Source: Catajapyx aquilonaris
Taxonomy: Eukaryota
NCBI GenBank assembly: GCA_000934665.2
Contig: KZ538096.1
Span: 1-64,000, forward strand
Direction: 5' to 3'
Length of the DNA: 64,000 nt
The translations under genes and the position numbers were made by a program. Within the stretch, counting starts at the first letter, position 1, and the number at the start of each line of letters is the position of its first letter. Under the pieces are notes generated by a model. The model saw nothing but the letters and a program-made list of their open reading frames with translations, ran no database searches and was not told where the DNA came from. Positions 1-11,800 of the stretch are shown in pieces.

Positions 1-96
1 GTGTTTTATTAGTTCATATGTTGGGTTAGCTTGCATCTCCCTTCATCGCTGACTACCCCTCATAGGGAAATGTCGTGATGTTGTTGTTGTTGTTGT

Positions 97-342
97 TGAG
101 TTTCTTTTCGAAAAATCCTTACTTTTGGCAATTCTTGTTAAAAACTAGTTTTGAGATATATACCAGCTAGTGAATACAGAAAATTTATTATGATAATTAT
201 TAATTTTTAGGACTAAATTGACTGTATACCATGAGGTACAGCAGAAATGCTACTTTCACCGAGCTCGGTTATAACAAGATTTGCCATAGCAACCATTGTT
301 GTCAACAATGAAGACGCTTAGGATTTTTCAAAAAGAAACTCA
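97..342. mobile_element. MITE-like inverted-repeat element
   Basis: TGAGTTTCTTTTCGAAAAATCCT (97-119) is inverted to AGGATTTTTCAAAAAGAAACTCA (320-342) with one mismatch. A second inner inverted pair is also present (TGGCAATTCTTGTTA / TAACAAGATTTGCCA). Confidence 0.55.
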
Positions 343-3300
343 GATTTATGATATACTGAGCTAGTTGAAACCGGTCCTTACAGGTGTAAATAACTCAAAC
401 CCGCCAAATTTTGACTTAACGAATGCCAACACCACCAAATGGACGGTATTATACCATAATGAGTCAACCCACATACTTGTGAAATTAATTCAGCGTTCTT
501 TTCGGTCATATATGGCAGAAGTATGCAGATTTCGCCAGCTTGATTTTAGCTGAATTAGGCATATGTTCCTGGGCTGACATTTTTGTGGGTTGACACATTA
601 TTGCATAACACCGTCCAAATATGGCGGAAAGAATCGTGTTTAAGAAATCGCGCCTATTGAAGCAATTTGCAGAAAATAAGTAAGCTACCTTTTTATGCTC
701 CAAATGAAATCAGAATTGTTGTCATAAGCAAGTCGCACTATGGTGAAGTATGTGTAACGCACAAGAGGATCATAGGCTAGTGTGCACAGATCCACTACTT
801 GATACCCCCAAAATCCAGGTCTTAATAACCCCCCTCCAAAAAATCGAGTGGTTCATGTATATATACGCAAGGTGTGGCCGGTCCCAGATTCTGTCTCTAT
901 CTCAACCCAAGGCCCGCCCACCTACTCTGCAGCCTCCCTTTTGCCATTTCCGCCTCAGCTCCAGGGGCCCCCTCTCCGGAAAAGCCCGAAAGCCGGCGGA
1001 TCAAGCAGCTCAGAGGAAGCCCGGGTGATCATTATAATTACGGGGAGGTTGATTGAAGGCCCGCATGATGGATGCTAGCCCCAGATCCCGGCCTCAAATC
1101 CTGGCACTCAAATCCTCCCCAAATCCCACCACGTGAGGCTGCCTGGAGGAATGGTGGTAGCACCGCCTCTCCCTACCCCTGCTAGAGAAAAAAAAATTTC
1201 TCTCGCCGACATTTTTATATATTTTTTTTCCCTCCTACCCTTTTCTCGCTCGCTGTCTGTCTCTACTCGCTGGCTGATTATAATTCAGAAGCGGGTTTCC
1301 CAAGTGCTGGGAGTATGTGGGATTTGAGAACGATTTTAAAATTCCTGGCGTTGAATTGGATCAAGAGTCGGAAGCGAGGCTGCTGGGGGGGAGAGAAAGA
1401 GAGAGAGAGAGAGAAAAAAATGTGAAAAAGAAGAATCTAAGAAAAAATGGGGTCTTTGCAGTGTGTCTCACCCTACGGTGTCGAGGCTTACGTAGCGGAA
1501 AATAAAACGCGAGAAAAACGATTAAGGAAAGATAGCAAACTTATTTCACACTCTTGTGCTTCAAAGACGGGGAGCTTTGACATTGATAAAGTTCCTGATC
1601 TCTCACCTGTTTTACACCTCTGAACTTCAATTTTTACGGCCTAAAAAAAAAAAAAAAAACACCAGCAACCATTTTGTCTCGGCTGTCCCCGAAATGGAGC
1701 TGGTAGTTAATGAAGAGGCTTTAGAGGCGGGGTAAGATGCCCTGTCTTCTTTCCAAATGGTTTTTAAATAAATAGTGCTTAACAACTGGGAAATGAATGG
1801 TCCAAGCTTATCTTCAGATTTCACCATGATCGTTCTTTGTCAAACGTTTTGAAGTCTACATTTGGAAATAAGGGCCCCCTCTCTTTTTTTCTCGGTGAAA
1901 AATGAACGCGTTATTTTAATTTCCTCGTTCGAGGGGGTTAATAGTTAGAACGTTTTAGAAAATTGCACGGAACATACTCCGGCCCATAAAACCACGTCGT
2001 TTATAACCCCGACTCACACATGAAGCACAACTTATAATAATGTAATTATTCGGCGTGATGGTGTCAGGCACGTTCTGCATTGGGCTAGGAAAAAATAGAT
2101 GCGCCTGCATCAGAGTGGTTGTTTCCGGCAGGCCTTCCAGTTGGGCATAAACTATTTTCTACTGGCGCTCATCATGGCCCTCATTCGTATAGGGACGGAA
2201 AAAGGATTTTAATGCGCGCCGGACGCGATAGCTGTCAAACATATTTCCCCATTGCGTTGTTTAATTTTCTGCATTAAAATGTGACAATACGTCGGGCCAC
2301 AACAAGCATTCTCTCTCTGCAAGTAATCAGCAATAAATCAGTGCTGCGGAATACAGGGGGTGATATTTAAAAATATCGAGGCGCGATATGAGCCCCCACA
2401 TCCACCATTGTGAGTGAGGTGGAGGGACCCAGTGCAATGCTAGTGATAATGCGAAATTAATAACCCTGCACTGCATGGTTTTCCCTTTGTAAGGAAATTT
2501 GGCCCAGGCGACGCCCCAGTTCTCATTAAAGAACAAATGTGCGTTGCAATCACAGCGGGGGATATACCAGCATGTACTGGCTAAAAAATATCGCGCCCTT
2601 ATCTGTTCGAATAATTCAAAAAAACTAATATGGACATACCTGACCAGAGCACCTCGTCGTGATGCCAACCGGGGTCGAACTAAAGGAAAAGTCAGAGTTC
2701 CTTCCTATTCCCCCCCTTTGAACACAACACCTTTTTGTCGTAATTGCAGTTTTGTTTATGAGCCTGCCCTACTAGTTGGACTATCACTAGACACCTCGTT
2801 TTCCTTCCTTTTGGGCGGACCCCCCTCTTGAAATTTTATGGCCTCGTAAAATGCATGAATGGCATTCATTCTCTAAAACGCCGGGGTCTACCCCACGACC
2901 TCACTCACTAAAGTTTTCCCACTGCCCTGTTTTGAGCACGTAGACTGCCGGTACAATTGCGGCTTAAGTACCATTTGTTTACGATCTGACGACAGGTGAT
3001 AAGCCCCCACGAATCACTTGAACCGGTTTAAATCGCCAGAAAAAAACACCGAATTTATGTCCACGTTTTTCCGCATGTACGATGCATCTTGCAGTAATAA
3101 AATATGCGTACAGTATTCCAGCCGGAAGAAAAGAATGCAGTTACAACCTTGAGGTCGTCCGACCTTGACCACCAGCAAAAGACCTCGCCAGCGGTCACTA
3201 CCCTTGTCCTTCGCGATGTTTCTGCCCTCCATTCTCAAGTATATTACCATACCCGCCACCAGAGGTCGACCAGCCAACCACGTGGGTCGCTGGCCCTAGA

Positions 3301-6113
3301 CCAAAAAGCACCAATTGTCCAATTGTTGGCCCATTTGGGCAACAATTAACTGGTAAAGGCAAGTTGCAAAAGCTAGTCCCGAGGTCGGCCGGTAGGTGCC
3401 AGAGGTTCCAGGCTGCGGGAGATGAAGGGGATGGAGGAGCGGCGGGGAGGGGAGAATCAATGGCGGGCCATTATGGCCGCCGCCTCATCAAAAGAAAGGG
3501 GGGGTTGGAAACTGGGGGTAGAATCAGCGAAGCTCCGTCCGTCCCGTCGCTTTCAAATTTATTGTCCCCTTTCTCCTCATTTCCTGCCGTGTGCATTCGT
3601 CGCCTTCCGAGAAGAACAGGCTATCACGGGCTTCTCTTCCCACCCACGGAGATGTTTATTTTCCAATCCATTACTTGCTGCCACCCATGTGTCGACGGTG
3701 CACCTATGTACCTACAGCATATTCTGTAAGAAGAGGAAAGAAAATTTCTAGGATTCTTATTGGGGGGGAGCTTGAATGTCATTTAGCATGTGTCACGTCA
3801 GTGTCTCTGGGATGATGATCTGGGCGGATCTTTTGTCATCGGGAATGCATGGCACGTAGTCTTCTCGAGGCTTCCGTGGACCTTTTCATTCCTTGCAGAG
3901 GAGTGAGGTGGATGGCAGATTTTTGGAGGGAGGGAAAGGGAAGAATATCGGTGTTTCACTGCACTATGCTCATACCTGAAAGAGTACGCGCTTGTTTTGC
4001 CAATGCCTTTTATATAGGCGAATCGCTCCTGTGCACAGCAGGATGAATAATGCATCTGGTTCAATTTTGCCGTATAGCGTTTCAGTCATCATCCGTTAAT
4101 AATTTAGCGGGGGGGGGGGNNNNNNNNNNNNNNNNNNGGGGGGGGGGGCTCTTTTCAAAAATTAATCACGTAACCCCGAATGTAACCCGTTCAATTTCCT
4201 CTCACATCTTGCCATAGGAAAGTTTCAATTTTGCGTATCTGGGACTCCCGGAAATATTTTCCGGACAGCTTTGGGTGACTAATGCGGTACGAGCACACGT
4301 AATATTTATACGCGTCTAGAAAGAGCAGCGGGATGTGTCCGGATCGGATAGTAAACAAAATTTGTAATTGTCCGTGTTTAATTCTAGCATGGCCATGCCA
4401 AAGTGCAGTAATCGCCCTGCAATTTTTTAAAAAAACTTTCTTTTGTACCGGCGTAAAATTGCAAACCAGGACATATGACCATTACGGTAGCATCTTCAGA
4501 AACCGTTGCAATCAGCGCGAAATTTTCGTGCCGTCGAAACCCTGGCTCCCCCTTTTCTTTTCTTACCTCTCATATTTTCGGAAATGCTCTCTGCTACTTC
4601 AAGGTAATTCCTTTCTCTGACGTTGATTCACTGTTCCGAGGGAGCAGTGAAAAATACCTCCGCATGTCTGCGTCATAAATGATTCAATAGTTTTAATACT
4701 GAGTCGGTGCATCTAATACGCTGTGGTATGGCGAACCTCCTTTTCCCTTATACCCAGGCTGAATTAAGAAAAGAAAAAAAAATGTTTTTTTTTGGAGGGG
4801 GGGATAGAATGATGAATTGCAAGTAGACCTTATTCGTGCCGCTTCGACCACCTACTTGACATGGAAGTGCAATCTTAATCAGAGAAAGGATAGTGGCGCT
4901 GACTCTTACAATTCCTTTTCTTTGCTCGCAAACTCCCCCTTCCTAAGAAATGAGCAGATCGAACTCTAATAATACAACCCCAATGCAGTGATTTACTACC
5001 CGAATATATAGGAACGGACTGGTTATTTCCGACCAGAAAATTCTCTTTGATGACTGTTATTTGGATGGGCTTGGCTCGAGAGGGATTAAGTTGTGGGCTT
5101 CGAATCGAAGAAAACAAGGTAGGAGCAAATTGTCAATATGGTGCAAAAGCATGCTACACATATGATACATGTCATCTTGATCCAGAGTAGCAGCTTCTGC
5201 GCGCTTTTTCCATCAATGCGCAACTTGCCGAGGATAAAGAAGTGGATCACTTCGTGATACTTTATAATCTGGTGAAGCATTCTGGTCATTTCTCATTTGG
5301 GACCACATGGGGGCTTTGATATTTAAGCCGACTTTATCTACAGAAAGCTCTAGTGGCATTCATCCATCATAAGCACGCACATAATTCAAGCGTACTTTAC
5401 TGTGAAGGGAGGGCATATACAGCAGAAGGGAACGAGACTTTTTTTTTTGGGGGGGGGGGGCCTCCCCTCCTCCCACCTCCTGCTCTTCCCCCGCCTGCTG
5501 CTGGATACTGTATTATATAGCTATAGGCTCCCGTATACTGTAATCTGCTTTACATGGGCGCAGTTGCGGCGGCATTGTCTTGCGCGTGCCTAAGTGCCAG
5601 GCACAAAGACCACTTTTCAGACACAGGAGTTATCGGGTTTTATGGCAAGTGTCGGGGCCTTGCACAAAAGGCTCTTTTCACTTACCCACACTCCACCCAT
5701 TCCCATAAGAGAAGCACGCAAGTTGCGGGTTGTGCTCATCTACGATGCACGCATCCTTTCATTTTGCAACAGCAGAAGCAGCTTCTTCGAACTGGCTGGG
5801 AAGCTTCAGCAGCCAGATATAGAAGCATGTACACAAAGTTGCTCTAACTTGTTTTGTGGCCGAGATGAGTAGTTGCAGGTGCCTCCATCAGTGACATACT
5901 ACTTCGCCTGACATACAACATAGCGCCTCGGTGTTGCACAATACGTTTGCTGTCCGCCCAGCAAATTTTGGCAAGTACTCACCGCAGCCGCGATTATCAA
6001 TTTTTGGATCCAGAAATTACAGAATGCCAGCACTTTGTACTATAGCAAGGCTATAGCCTGGTAGCCATCCTCTTCACAAGGTGTTACCAGCTGAAAGCCA
6101 GTGTATTGGTGCC

Positions 6114-6166
<53 letters not shown>
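6114..6166. repeat. (TAA)n microsatellite
   Basis: Directly visible; it explains the poly-Tyr ORF on the minus strand. Confidence 0.95.
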
Positions 6167-6506
6167 TGTGGGGAGACGGAGTGGCGCCGCGGTAACGCGC
6201 GCGCCCACGGAAGTTAAGGTCCCGGGTTCAATCCCCACCCGGGGTTCCCACCTTCTTTCGTGCAGAGTTGGGCCATCTCTGGCTTCGTTTCGGGTGGCAA
6301 TTTCCGACAGACTAAGCCACCCGGGGGAGTTCACAAAATGACGATTAGAGACATTGCACTTGCACTTTGCACATCCCCTCCCACCCACCCTTGGAGTACA
6401 CTAATAAGATTCTATCTTAACTCGCTCCAACGAAAACCCCAATGGTGGTAATCCACCCCCCCTAAGGAGTACGTAACTCCCCCCGTGGGGTAATGCAAAA
6501 AAAAAA

Positions 6507-6576
<70 letters not shown>
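6167..6576 (+). mobile_element. tRNA-headed SINE with stem-loop 3' end, poly(A) and (TAA)n tail
   Basis: A-box-like TGGCGCCGCGGTAA and B-box GGTTCAATCCC. Body motif GAGACATTGCACTTGCAC is shared with the 33.4-kb SINE. Terminal CCCC..hairpin..GGGGTAA, then A-run and (TAA)n. Confidence 0.75.
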
Positions 6577-8119
6577 TGGTGTCAGATACTTATTTAACTC
6601 CCCCCTGATCCTCTTATGACATCCACAGATAGGACCTATTATGAAGGACTCTTCCCATGAAGCCCATACTCTACTGTGTTAATTAAGAGGGACCAGATGG
6701 CATAAGCAGCGCATATACGCTATAGTTGCCCTGGCAGTTATTGAAGTCAAACGCCATTTCACGAAAGATCGCGCACTAATAAGCGTAGCATACAGTGCTG
6801 TGAAAATGAAGGGCTCAGAAAAGTTTCTAATTTTTGTTATGTACAACAATGATTAAAATAGCTCATTAATTGGACTGAAACATAATTAACATGCATTAAT
6901 CAAAATTAAAATACACTAAAACTTGGTTGTAACGGAATCTGCGGGCACAGCGGAATTTGCTCAAGACAGAGGATTTTCGGTCACCTTCATTTACAATCAT
7001 GGTACGGATTTTTTTTCTGATTGCATTCAATATGATTGTGAAAGCTACTGAGTAATAATCAAAAAGTTCCGTAATGGGCAAGTTTTTGCTCTATTCGAAA
7101 GGTGCATTATACAACCCAATTGAACTATTTTAATTTGATCGATTTCTCTGATTTTGTAGTAGTCTCTCTGATTTTATAGAGCCCATCACACACGTGATGA
7201 TCCATAAATTTTATCATGAAGTTTCATACCAATTCGTAAGGTCTATCACCCGTTTGCAACACCTGACATCATCCATAAACTACTTGTATACAATACTGCT
7301 GCAGCAGTTATTTTGAAATTGCTGCAAGTGTATGTACACAGACTGCAAAAGTTAATTCAAATGGTAAAATTATGTATCTTCCTGAAATTATGAATCATAT
7401 TATTATTGTTGTACATGATAAAACATCAAAGCACTGGAAAAACTTTAGGAATTATACATGCAGTATAATAATTTTTCACACCTCCATATTTTTCTTCAAT
7501 GCACAGGAAGTTCCAACTGAAATGGTTAGCGATTTCAGACACTAAATGCTTCTTTGTAGCAGTTACAGCCTACCTTTTGAATAACTACTTTCAGTGGGTA
7601 TGAAAGTATTCGGCTGAATTTAACGAATTTCACATTAAGCGAATATCGCGACGATTAGATGATTATACATACAATTCGCAATGTTAACACACTACATTTG
7701 AATCTCAGGTTGAGGTTTTCGTGCCATTCCCGTTATTAGTGGAACAATATTGCTATTGAACGTCAATCAAATGATTTTTTACAGGCGTCATAACAAGAAT
7801 GGAGCCACGCAACATTTGGTAACTATCTCAGGTAATAGTTATTTAAAAGTCGCTGCTTATTGTCAAAAAATCCTAACCATAATGGCATTTTAGTTGGGCC
7901 ACCCTGAATCCTCCCCCTCTCCTCGATCACCCACAGTGACATACTGCATTCTGTATGATAATGTTCAGAACTTTTGTCATGTGCACTGTCAAATAAGAGA
8001 TAATTTTTAAATTCATTTATAGAAATAAAAATTTTGTCATAATATTTAACTGCCTCCTTACACCTCATCATAATTTACGACTTAAATACTCGTTCAGTTG
8101 CAATATTATTGGTTTTCCA

Positions 8120-8391
8120 AAAACCACGTGGTCAATAGAATTTGCTTCAAACCTCTGGAACGTCGGATCAGTGGTAGCTCACTAGTTCCTACGTGGTTCC
8201 TTACAACATTAGTTCGATTCTCGAGTCTTCCAATAGTGTCTTACAAGTAAGACAAACACATGCACAAACGGAAGACTCGGGTATCGAACCTCTGTCTCCC
8301 ACGTGGTAGACCGGTGCGCTACCTCTGAGCCAACGCTCGAGAAGTCAAGGGCACACTTTGAGGAGTTTGATCCTATTGACTACATGTTTTT
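8120..8391. mobile_element. Degenerate TIR element containing a tRNA-like head on the minus strand
   Basis: Imperfect TIRs AAAACCACGTGGTCAATAGAA / TCCTATTGACTACATGTTTTT. The minus strand at about 8280-8336 reads TTGGCTCAGAGGTAGCGCACCGGTCTACCAC...GGTTCGATACCC (A and B boxes). Confidence 0.45.
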
Positions 8392-8623
8392 TTTTTTAAT
8401 GAACATTGTACATTGTGCGGGAGATTTAACGGACAATATCACCCGTGCTCAACGAGATAGAATAGGGTAGAGGCCACGTAGAGGCCGTAAAGGTCACGTG
8501 ATCTTTGGCGGCCATGCCACTTCACGGCAAGAACATGCGCTCATTTGAAATTGCCGTATTTCTAACCCTGTTCTCCTCTGTCTACACTCCTGCCTCCTGG
8601 TGGGGGGGGGGGGGGGGGGGANT

Positions 8624-8834
8624 TTTGCAGAAGATGAGAGCGCCATGAGACATTTCAGTCTCCGGTCAAGTGGCGACCCTACCGGACTAGGCTGAACTTT
8701 ATAGGTACAAAACTAACAAAAGTGAAGCACTTTTGTTAGTTTTGTACCTATAAAGTTGCCTAGTCCGGTAGGGTCGCCACTTGACCGGAGACTGAAATGT
8801 CTCATGGCGCTCTCAAGTGAGCATCTTCTGCAAA
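8624..8834. repeat. Long near-perfect hairpin (arms about 100 bp, 3-nt loop); foldback/MITE
   Basis: GAGAGCGCCATGAGACATTTCAGTCTCCGGTCAAGTGGCGACCCTACCGGACTAGGC...CAAAAGTG-AAG-CACTTTTG...GCCTAGTCCGGTAGGGTCGCCACTTGACCGGAGACTGAAATGTCTCATGGCGCTCTC. Confidence 0.9.
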
Positions 8835-11800
8835 GCGCGTCGGCAGGGGGTGGGTGGGAGTGTCCAGACCTTATCTTCTATGGCCGTGCGCAATACTATA
8901 CACAACGCCATAGTGTCCAATGCACCCATACTCTCAAGAAGGATGCATTTTCCTCTCAGAATAACCTGGCACGCAAATTGATAATATAAATATAACAGAC
9001 GGCATAATCATATTCCATTGATTGAAGCTTGACACTGGTTTGCGAAGTCAGAGCATTAAAAAAATATCTAGTAAAAGAATATACAGGGTGTCTCAACTTT
9101 TTTGTCCGAACAATTATCGGAAATATTGCACTAAGCTGCTTATTTTTAGCAGTGACTTGCAACCAGTGATGCTTCCCTGGCTTTATCAGTTGAGGGATGT
9201 GCCAGGAATGTTTGGGCATATTCTGGCTACATAGCTAGAAGATACATAGGCTTTTCCGATAATTGTTCGGACATTGCTGTTGAGGACATTGCTTTGGAAA
9301 ATAATACAGTAACACATTTTTACAATCTGGAGGGTGTATCCTGGTAGTTGGACATTCCGCAAAATACACATCACAAGATCAAGAGAAATAAGGCGGGTTT
9401 TTTGTCATACGTCATACATATTGCATTGTGGTCTTCATATTTGCACTGAGGCTTTTGGATCAATCCGCAATCAGAGGAGGAGATGAGAGAGTTGTTGAGA
9501 TGAAAGATAAAAAAGAGATAGGAACAAACAAACACGAGGCATGAGAAGGAGAAAAGACTGTGTGAGGGCAGGTACAGGGATGCGCAGAAAGATTGGAGAG
9601 ACAGAAATATAGGAGAGAAGTGGAATGCAAAATAAGGATGACTAAATGGAGAGAGACCAAGTGAACAAACCTGATATAGCTCGAATGCTACAGAGAGCGA
9701 GAAAAATCAAGATATCGCAGATGAAGAGAAAACAGCGAGGCGAATATGGGGTGTCACAGAGGATATCCAAACAGATTGAAGAACTGAGTAGCGGGAGATA
9801 AGATAAACCAGATGGAAAATGGGACAGAACATGAGGGAATGTGAACGAACAGCATAAAGGTGATACAGGGCACAACAATAAAAACAGAATAGCACACAGG
9901 CTTCTTCTCTCCGGTCCTTCATTTGTTTCCCTATAGCTCCTTCCTCTCATTATTCACGAGAATAGTTCGAAGGTCGTGATTTTGATAGTATGCAGACGAT
10001 TTAAAGAAAACAATATCTTCCCCTCTTTTATGATACGAGAGTGAATACCTCGTCTCCACTATAGCACAAGATCTCGATCTTGTTGATGAAGATCTCCTAT
10101 ATGATCCAGGTTACCAGACGAATGGAAAGAAGTCTACAAATAAATATTTTCCAAAAGGATAATTAGTTTTATTGGACACACATACTGTATTTTCGATTAA
10201 TGGTGACCTATTGTATAGATAAATCGAGATTTTAAAGTCCCAATCATGCCTAATATTGTATTGCTTGGAAATTATCAAGTTTTCTTCATTGGATTCTGCC
10301 ACTTCGCATGTGCAACCACTTTCGATAAAAGCGAAATTTGAAAAATCCATTTTAATAGCACACCACTAATTACTTTGAAAAGAACACTGTGAAAGTAACT
10401 AGCAGTTCTACATGAAAACAACGTAGCACAGGAACAAAAACAAATCTTGATGTATAGCAAAGCCTTTGGAAGGAAGTTATAATGCTGTATGACGATTTGA
10501 AAGGATTAACAATGCGGTGGCTACAGCGGCATTTTACACTCGGGGATTATTCAGACGATAAATGCTTTCCGCAGATTGTTTTCAACTCTATAGTGCTGTG
10601 TCCATTTCTAAACGAGCTTCGTGTCCAACGCTAAGGTGCCCCGGATTTCAGAACCGTTGGTTCCATTAGGAAAATGACTTTTAAGCTGCAAGTGCGTTTG
10701 AGTAATTATACCAGTCTTTGTTTATCCCTCGGATAAGTCTCTGAACCCAGCGCCCTTTTGGATGTGACCATTGCTAATTTTTCCCCCTCCCTCCCTCCCC
10801 CCCCACCCCGGCTCTTCCTGTTTACAACAAAAAGTACCACAAAGTCATTTGGTGGGTACGCATCGTTCTGTGGTTGCCAGCTGAGAAAATGGCGATCGTG
10901 ACATCCGCCGATATCCGCACCAGGACAAAAGATTCTGATGGAAAGTCCAACCAACGCTAATAATGTTGTCAGATTAATTTATTGTGGCGATACATTGTTC
11001 GCAACAGGGGTGGGAGGGATTCCGACTGCGAGATGTGGAAAATAATGCAGTGTTGCCACGCCTGAAAAGGAGGTGACACGGCTAGCCTCCGGCATATTTC
11101 CCTCAGAATTTATCACGCACTATTGTTGCGGTTTTCATCTGGCCGCTTCTGTTGTGTGTAATACTTAACGTAATACTTGATCCCTAGAGTATGAACCAGC
11201 ATCCCCACACGCAATGACCAATAGGCTTGGCTCTGACATTGAAAAATACTTCCATTTTCTGATTGGTTCAAATCAAAAAGTGACACCTGCACAGTATGCA
11301 TGTGAAGGGGAGGGAAGATAGGGGAGAGGAGTAGGGAGAAGAAGAAAAATGAGGGATTGGTCCAAAGAAGTCTCCCCCCTTCCCAGCACCAACCGTCTTT
11401 AAATTATTACGTGTACACGCCAGGAAACCAGAGATGGCAGATCCATCATGTTGATGTCTTTGTTCACCAGTGCAGCTGCATCAATCTTTTACGCCGAGGG
11501 GATGGAATGGTGGAGGAGGCCCTTTTTGGGAGCTCTGGTGGGGGGAGAGCTTGCTGATTGGACCCATACTTTTTCCTCCTTGACCAAACTCAGGAGAGGT
11601 CCCCCCACACTCTCCCAGATGAGAAAATATGAGCCTGAGTGCCAAATGCTTCATTTTCACATAATCATGCATGGCAATGAGAATTAGGATTGTTCTGGGG
11701 CGTAGTGCCGGGAGGGGTGGGTGAGTTTCGCCTCCCCATCAAAAAATGGCTACGTCGCCAGCAGCGGCATGGCGGATACGGCGAAAAATTGCAATCGTAA

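Noticed and set aside
4108..4148. Poly-G/poly-C runs as G-quadruplex elements (also about 8602, 32154, 57162, 62276)
   Set aside because: They coincide with N bases, so their length and sequence are unreliable.
9470..9900. Purine-rich stretch with minus-strand ORFs
   Set aside because: Low-complexity GA-rich DNA with no periodic unit or protein signature.
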